A stretch of DNA of 61,627 bases from an uncultured Planctomycetales bacterium (GTDB lineage Bacteria; Omnitrophota; Gorgyraeia; Gygaellales; Profunditerraquicolaceae), in contig CAYHBB010000005.1 in NCBI GenBank assembly GCA_964354795.1, positions 1-61,627 on the forward strand, read 5' to 3'. Both the position numbers and the translations under genes were made by a program. Positions 60,596-61,627 of the stretch are shown here, in pieces (within the stretch, counting starts at the first letter, position 1; the number at the start of each line of letters is the position of its first letter). The notes under the pieces are model-generated. The model saw only the letters and a program-made list of their open reading frames with translations. It had not been told where the DNA came from and searched no databases.

Positions 60596-61108
60596 TTAGT
60601 AATGCGAGGTGTCCGGGAAGTTCAGCTCCACAATATCCTTGACCTCTTCGTAGGCCTGCAGAATATGCGGGTTGTCCTTTAAAATTTCCATCTGGACTGG
60701 CGAATTAAGGAACACAGTCAGATAATCAACGTACTCCTTGAATTCCGGAGCGTTCATCTTCTCTTTCACGTAAGGACAGTTAAGATCAATGGTCAGGATG
60801 ACCTTATTGTGCCTGAGGTTCAGTAAAAACGGATACAGCTGACATTCAAATGGCCGCTGCAGATATGCTTTGCAAATATTGTCCGCGGGATTCAGAAAAG
60901 GACAAAGGTACCCCTCTTCGCCAGGGGTAAGCACCAGATCCAGATGCTTAGTCAAAGAAACGGAAACCGCTGGAATATCCTTGTTGTCGGCAAAATCCAC
61001 GATTTCTTCATCTAAAAGACAGGGAGACCACACCGAGTTCTGGTCGCGAAACCTGCAGCAACCCCGGCATTTCAGGCAATATTCTGAAGGGACTAGCTGC
61101 CGGATCAT
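60596..61108 (-). CDS. YkgJ-family CxxCxxCC zinc/iron-chelating protein
   Basis: CLKCRGCCRF motif near the N-terminus, and a second Cys group (CPF...C). Confidence 0.6.
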   Translation of the reverse strand: MIRQLVPSEYCLKCRGCCRFRDQNSVWSPCLLDEEIVDFADNKDIPAVSVSLTKHLDLVLTPGEEGYLCPFLNPADNICKAYLQRPFECQLYPFLLNLRHNKVILTIDLNCPYVKEKMNAPEFKEYVDYLTVFLNSPVQMEILKDNPHILQAYEEVKDIVELNFPDTSHY

Positions 61109-61425
61109 TTAACCGTGCTCCCAAGCTTTAATTTTCTCTCAGGGCTTACGACAAACACCCCGCTTTCATCACTGCCAGCCAGGATCATCCCCTGGCTTTC
61201 CACACCGCGCAACGCGATATGGTCCAGATTATCCACGACCACCACCTGCTTACCGATCAACTCTTCCTTCTGGTATGAGCCCTTTATCCCGGCTACCACC
61301 TGTTTAGTCCTATCGCCTAAATCCACAATAATTACATACAGCCGGTCAGCATCAGGGTGGTCGTTGACTTCTTTGATTTCACCGACTTTCAGCTCTATTT
61401 TCCTGAAATCATCTATGGTTGCCAT
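61105..61425 (-). CDS. tRNA-binding domain protein (CsaA/Trbp111-like)
   Basis: FRKIELKVGEIKEVNDHPDADRLYVIIVDLG...VVAGI is the OB-fold EMAP/MetRS C-terminal-like signature. Confidence 0.8.
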   Translation of the reverse strand: MATIDDFRKIELKVGEIKEVNDHPDADRLYVIIVDLGDRTKQVVAGIKGSYQKEELIGKQVVVVDNLDHIALRGVESQGMILAGSDESGVFVVSPERKLKLGSTVK

Positions 61426-61439
61426 GTCTTATGACCTCC

Positions 61440-61627
61440 TCAGAATACCTTTGTAATTACGCGAAACAATAGATAGGCCGACGCTGAGATCAGCGCAGCG
61501 CAGGGGATCGTTAATACCCAGGCCCATACAATTCTGCCGGCAACGCCCCATTTAACCGCGCTCAGGCGCTTAAGCGAACCGATACCCATAATGGAGCCGG
61601 TGATAGTATGGGTGGTAGAGACCGGAA
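61440..61627 (-). CDS. Inorganic phosphate transporter (PiT/PHO4 family), C-terminal fragment running off the window
   Basis: This ORF is not in the supplied track. The minus-strand translation reads ...PVSTTHTITGSIMGIGSLKRLSAVKWGVAGRIVWAWVLTIPCAALISASAYLLFRVITKVF, with the stop at 61442-61440. Confidence 0.75.
   Translation of the reverse strand, partial: PVSTTHTITGSIMGIGSLKRLSAVKWGVAGRIVWAWVLTIPCAALISASAYLLFRVITKVF

Overview
Almost every gene lies on the minus strand (about 60 CDS); only two CDS and one tRNA are on the plus strand. I found no rRNA, CRISPR array, transposase or integrase. All protein calls rest on motifs read from the supplied translations, because no database search was possible.

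Gene content, in order:
- two divergent tRNAs (Ala-GGC and Leu-CAA), with a LAGLIDADG endonuclease ORF starting 8 nt after tRNA-Leu
- rlmN and an acyl-CoA ligase
- an MTA/5'-deoxyadenosine salvage ('DHAP shunt'-like) cluster, extended by an LsrF/DhnA-type aldolase, a Zn-ADH and an ALDH
- a roughly 12-kb type II polyketide-synthase-like cluster with non-canonical partners: a B12 radical SAM enzyme, a tandem CPDGG-domain protein, a PanE-like reductase and a PCP-reductase-like protein. A PadR regulator and accA lie just upstream.
- cell-envelope and signalling genes (LysM-YkuD, SGNH hydrolases, HD-GYP, STAS, PilZ, transglutaminase-like)
- folE, mnmE, folC and purH
- an EF-G2-like paralog
- a KamA-family aminomutase with two Ddl-like ATP-grasp ligases
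- dispersed hyp maturation genes (hypE; hypF C-terminal half, hypC, hypD)
- a DEDDh exonuclease fused to a WYL domain
- a partial PiT phosphate transporter at the right edge

The most unusual feature is non-coding. At least five families of short structured repeats fill the intergenic and intercistronic gaps:
- Family A is a 28-nt tandem unit found at four loci, two of them in-frame inside folC.
- Family B is a leader hairpin with a GGA-containing loop. It sits just upstream of Shine-Dalgarno sequences and shows compensatory stem changes. It also occurs in nested versions and as an array in the EF-G2 leader.
- Families C, D and E are inverted-repeat or composite hairpin elements.

The best candidates for undescribed biology are the PKS-like cluster, the repeat families and the extended salvage cluster.
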